Shown: one piece after another, positions 60,101 to 64,000 of the stretch
Layout of the letters: each line of letters begins with the position of its first letter
How positions within the stretch are numbered: the stretch's first letter is position 1
Source: Klebsormidium nitens
Taxonomy: Eukaryota; Plantae; Klebsormidiophyceae
Assembly: GCA_000708835.1 (NCBI GenBank)
Contig: DF236973.1
Span: 1-64,000, forward strand
Reading direction: 5' to 3'
Length of the DNA stretch: 64,000 nucleotides
Made by a program: the position numbers and the translations under genes
The notes under the pieces: model-generated
The model's input: the letters and a program-made list of their open reading frames with translations, nothing else
Told to the model about the DNA's origin: nothing
The model's database searches: none

Positions 60101-63042
60101 GAGTCCTTTGCTTTGTCACATCCGAAACGATTGGAGGAGTCTACGTCCTCAAAGGACTTCAAACATACGCGCTCTCATGCGCCCGAATCGATTGGTTCTG
60201 CGCTCTGATTGATTGCGATGGCTTCCGATGCGAGTGCCGGTCGCCTGTTTGCATCGGCACCCTCGAGCTCACTTTCTGACTTTGTCAAGCATCGGCCAAG
60301 GCTCGGTTGCACTTGTTGAGAAGGAGTCTAAGACATCTTGTCGAGAGGAAAGCCCCGAAGAGTTGGGGCGCGCTTGGATATGCTGGTGCCCACAACCATG
60401 GTTTCTCCATTGTCCTGTAGTGAATCGTCGATACCAGAAACGGCATCATTCGGAATCCTGACACGAGGCAAAGGGCGCTTACTGAGCATTGTCGGTTGAG
60501 AGCAAGCCAGGACGTTTTGCAGCTGACCCTTCGCCTCGTTGCCATGCAGAATTCATCTGCGGCTCGAATAGCCTCCCGCCGATTCCCTGCCTTTACGCGA
60601 GCGGGAAGCAGTTCATCTGCTGTGCCGGATCCGAGTGCGGTCCCATTGGCCCAGACGGAAACACCCCCATCTGCCCCGGCGAGGGGTTCACCCCGTCCCC
60701 CAATAACTACCCGGCGCCAACTTCGCCGACTCCTCAGCCCCCTCCACCGGGCAGTCAGGGTAAGCGCGCTGTTGAGTAATTGTACCAAGCTAGACTGTCA
60801 GGACGTTAGGGGGCGTTATCGTCGATCTGATTCACTGTTTCTGTTGCAAAACTTAGAAGACGCGTCTTGGGGCATTTGTGGGACCTGCACAAGCGTTCAG
60901 ATTGTTGTCGTTACTTCTCAGCTTGTCAGCCGTGTTTTCCTTGGACAAAACGGTTCCGGTTCCGTCGACGTCCTTTGATCTTGCTCTTGGCCGTCCGCAG
61001 CCCTCCGCTCACGCGATGGAGTCGGCTCGCTCTATTGCTCTACCTTGGGGCGTGACCATGACCCGAAAAGCCTGCTTCTGCCCTAATCTGGTCCGTTGTT
61101 CTTGATCGCAGACCTGCGAGGAAGGCTTGTTACAGTTCATTTGTATCAAAAGAACGTTCGTTTGTTCCCGTTTGCTGTCCGCTTGATGCCGACGCGAGGG
61201 GAAGGAGGTCGTTCCTTTCTGACGACCGTATCATAAACGCACGCCATCCTTCGAACTTTCCTCTTCGCTTCGTCGCATGATACTTCAACGCCCTTCATCA
61301 CACATATTCATTTCCGTCAGGAGTCTGCGGAACCGGGGACGCCTCGCCGTTTCCCAACCGCTGCTATTTCAACAACGACCCCCAGGGACGGTACGTGTGC
61401 TGCGACAACCAGGGCTGCGACGGTTTCAACGCCGATAATCTGACGCCGCACTGTAAGAACAACGGCTACGTGCCGCCAAACAACGGGCTCAGCGGGCCGA
61501 CTCCCCCGAGCACCCCCCCGAGCACTCCTCCGACCGGAGACCAGGGTACGTGGAAATCACCGACCAGTGTTTTCTCTGATGCGATCTGTTGCACGTATTT
61601 GTGCAAGCTTGTCTGGTAAAGAAAGCTGGAGTGAAGCGCTGCACCTCTGTTCCGCGTGCGCAATGAAAAGCTTGCAAATGCTGCGGGCGGAAAGGTAATG
61701 AGAATTTCGAAGCGCATTGTCTGCCCCGAAAGGACTTGGAAGTTCGAGCCTCGTCAAGCCGATATGGCTAGCATTCTGCCCCGCTCATGTAAGGCGTGCG
61801 TCTGCAGCAGGCAGTCCTTCCGCAAGGCTCCAGGAAACTGTTACCCTTTCGCTTGGGGATCAAGGAGGACTCGTTTACATTGATGGTTGTTCCAATCGAT
61901 CCAATCTTTACGTTCTTCACAACCGCCCGGTTTGACACATGCCAATTCTTCCCATCTGTCAGGCGTCTGCGGAAGCGGCGCAGCCGGCGCTTTCCCCACG
62001 CGCTGCTATTTCAACAACGACCCTCAGGGCCGCTACGTGTGCTGCGACGGGCAGGGCTGCGACGGCTTCAACGCCGACAACCTGACGCCGCACTGCAAAA
62101 ACTTCGGCTACGTGCCGCCCAACAACGGACTTAGCGGGCCGCCCCCCCCGAGCACTCCCCCGAGCGGTCCCCCGAGCGGCTCTCAAGGTAAGCCACGATT
62201 CTTGCTTGGACAAAACTTGCATATCATCTGAGCACGACTCTCAGGCGGAACGCACAGGGACCTCGAAATGAGTGACGCTAGCCCTCCGGTCGACTTTTCG
62301 GGCGACGTTCCGAGCCGCTCTTGACGTGAGAAGGGCGCGAGCGCTCTCCCGAGCACGTGGCAGCTCGGAGGCTGAACAAGGCGGCGTGACGCACTCCTTA
62401 ATAGGAATGGGTTCAGCTCGTTCCTGGCGTTTCGTGCAGCGGCTCCATCTATCGGTGATTGACTGCTAATGTAGGAAAAGGTTGTCAAAGAGCTTGCAGA
62501 GTGTCGGATCCTTGACCTTTTGACAGTTTGGAAATTCGCGATTGAATGCATCATGACAGCGATCAAATCTCAGAAGAGAGTAAGTTGCCGATTATGGCAT
62601 ACTTGGGCGAGCATCTGTCTAGTCAGCACGACCATCAGACCAGTTTTTCTCGACGTGCATTGCCCAAACACTCATGGCGCAAGCTCAGGGTCGAAGTGCG
62701 TAAAAGGTGAACGGCTCAAAAGCACATCAAATCCTAAAGCCCCGGAGCAAATGTGGGCTCCGGGGGCCCACATTTGTTGCTCCATGAATCGAGTCGGCTG
62801 ATACCATACTTGGAAGTCAAGAGCGTGGGTCCCTTGAGCCCCAATCCCATGTATCTTACGGTGCAGGCGTCTGCGGCACGGGTGGTGCCACCGACTTCCC
62901 GGTGCGCTGCTGGTTCAACAGCGACCCCCAGGGGCGTTACGTGTGCTGCGACAACGACGGATGCAACGGGTTCAACCCACCTGACTTCTCGTTCCCTCGC
63001 TGCAAGACCAACGGATATGTGCCCCCTGGGTTCGGTGTCTAG
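57198..63042 (+). CDS. Secreted EGF-like + six-Cys module protein, array copy 3 (469 aa, 9 exons)
   Basis: Exons 57198-57346, 57716-57762, 58218-58337, 59082-59241, 59892-59962, 60523-60759, 61321-61545, 61963-62187, 62867-63042 are all GT-AG and sum to 1410 nt in frame. Signal peptide MAAFRNNVVFMLLALLALQSGTQPAQG. Same phases and Cys pattern as copy 1. Confidence 0.9.
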
Positions 63043-64000
63043 TAACTGAGAGTCTATTTCGTAGACCAGATTCTTAGAAGTATGTCGCCCTTAGAACCGC
63101 GTGCAGATCAGAGAATATCGGCTATTTATTGCAATGGCCTTAATTCTGGCAAGCGTTTTTGGCATCCTGGTCCAAGTTAAGCAGGCTTCGAACTTCGTGG
63201 TCCTCAGGTACTAGGTTGAGGTGTTCAAGCAAAAGAACGAAAGCTACCGTAAATACACTGACCGAATCGTAGAACAGTAAGAGTCATTGCTTGGCATCAC
63301 GAAACCGGTAGACAAAGTCGGGCAGCTCACAATCCTTTTGATCAAGACACGCAGATATGCATGGACTCTCTCTGAAAGGAGGTGAGAGAGACCAAGTTTT
63401 GTAGTTCCAAGTGTCCCCGCAGCCTTTAGGTAGAACAGGGTCGATCAGCCCAAAGGTTGGCCATGACCCACTAACACGCGTGCATACTCGAGGTAACATT
63501 TGGTAGCTAGCCTGGCAAGGCGACCTTTAGTGAAGTTTCTTCAAATTACAAGTCGTCGGCCATCGCAAAGCCGTTTTGTCAATGTTGCATACTTCCTACG
63601 ACCTCCAAAAGTTGCCTGCGCAGCTCGGGCTTTCATGCAACTTGCAAAAGCCGTGACTGGATACGTGAGTCTTGCTTACCTGTCCCGTAGTTCCTGCTCC
63701 AAGACTTGGTGGGTATTCCATCAGCAAATCAGGATCATTTGAACGAATCAAAAATTACTCGTTCTGATATATGAAATGCCATGAGCGACTCTAGCTCTTA
63801 CTTTCTTCAGAGAACAATCGATTTGGATTGGGGAAATGTCGTCCGTGACTCGGAGCTTGATGGAACTAACGTCTTGCTCGATCCGACTAGGTATCAATCC
63901 TGCACTTGGGACCGCATGGATCATGCGGCTGCACGCACCTAGAGTGCACATGGGTCGATTCGAGGACTCTAGCTTCGAGCTATCCGCCATGTACAAGTTG

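Larger units (their letters stand above)
39690..64000 (+). repeat. Tandem segmental triplication (unit ~8.2-8.6 kb) including upstream regions, introns and 3' flanks
   Basis: ATG-to-ATG distances are 8562 and 8208 bp. Non-coding sequence is shared, e.g. ATGATTGCGCCA(G/A)CTACCTTCCAGGTGGAGGCAT at ~39729 and ~47568, and GGGATCACC near 40007, 48635 and 56382. Homologous 3' flanks follow each stop codon. Confidence 0.9.

Overview
Intron-rich eukaryotic nuclear DNA with GT-AG introns and GC3-rich exons. The gene content suggests a streptophyte alga such as Klebsormidium; this is inference. The left 39 kb holds four conventional-looking multi-exon genes: SKI2 RNA helicase (minus, ~1.7-16.3 kb), SULTR/SLC26 sulfate transporter (plus, 17326-23874), a type II membrane GT4 glycosyltransferase fused to a VWD/root-cap-like domain (minus, 25099-30514) and NRDE2 (plus, 31570-38953). 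The right 24 kb is a tandem array of three ~8.2-8.6 kb paralogs, each a 9-exon gene for a ~470-aa secreted protein. Its architecture is signal peptide, EGF-like domains, an invariant ATVNGVSGPLA linker, then four knottin-like six-Cys modules (C-C-CC-C-C). Each module sits on its own phase-1 exon and the modules are joined by Pro/Ser/Thr linkers. I do not recognise this family and consider it the main candidate for an undescribed system. The array also shows a broken splice donor in copy 2, mosaic exons, and several MITE insertions, two of them with exact TSDs. A second striking pattern is repeated ~110-200 bp intronic tandem duplication of splice junctions, which leaves decoy acceptor/donor-plus-exon copies in SKI2 and NRDE2. 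All exon coordinates were read by eye and no database search was run.
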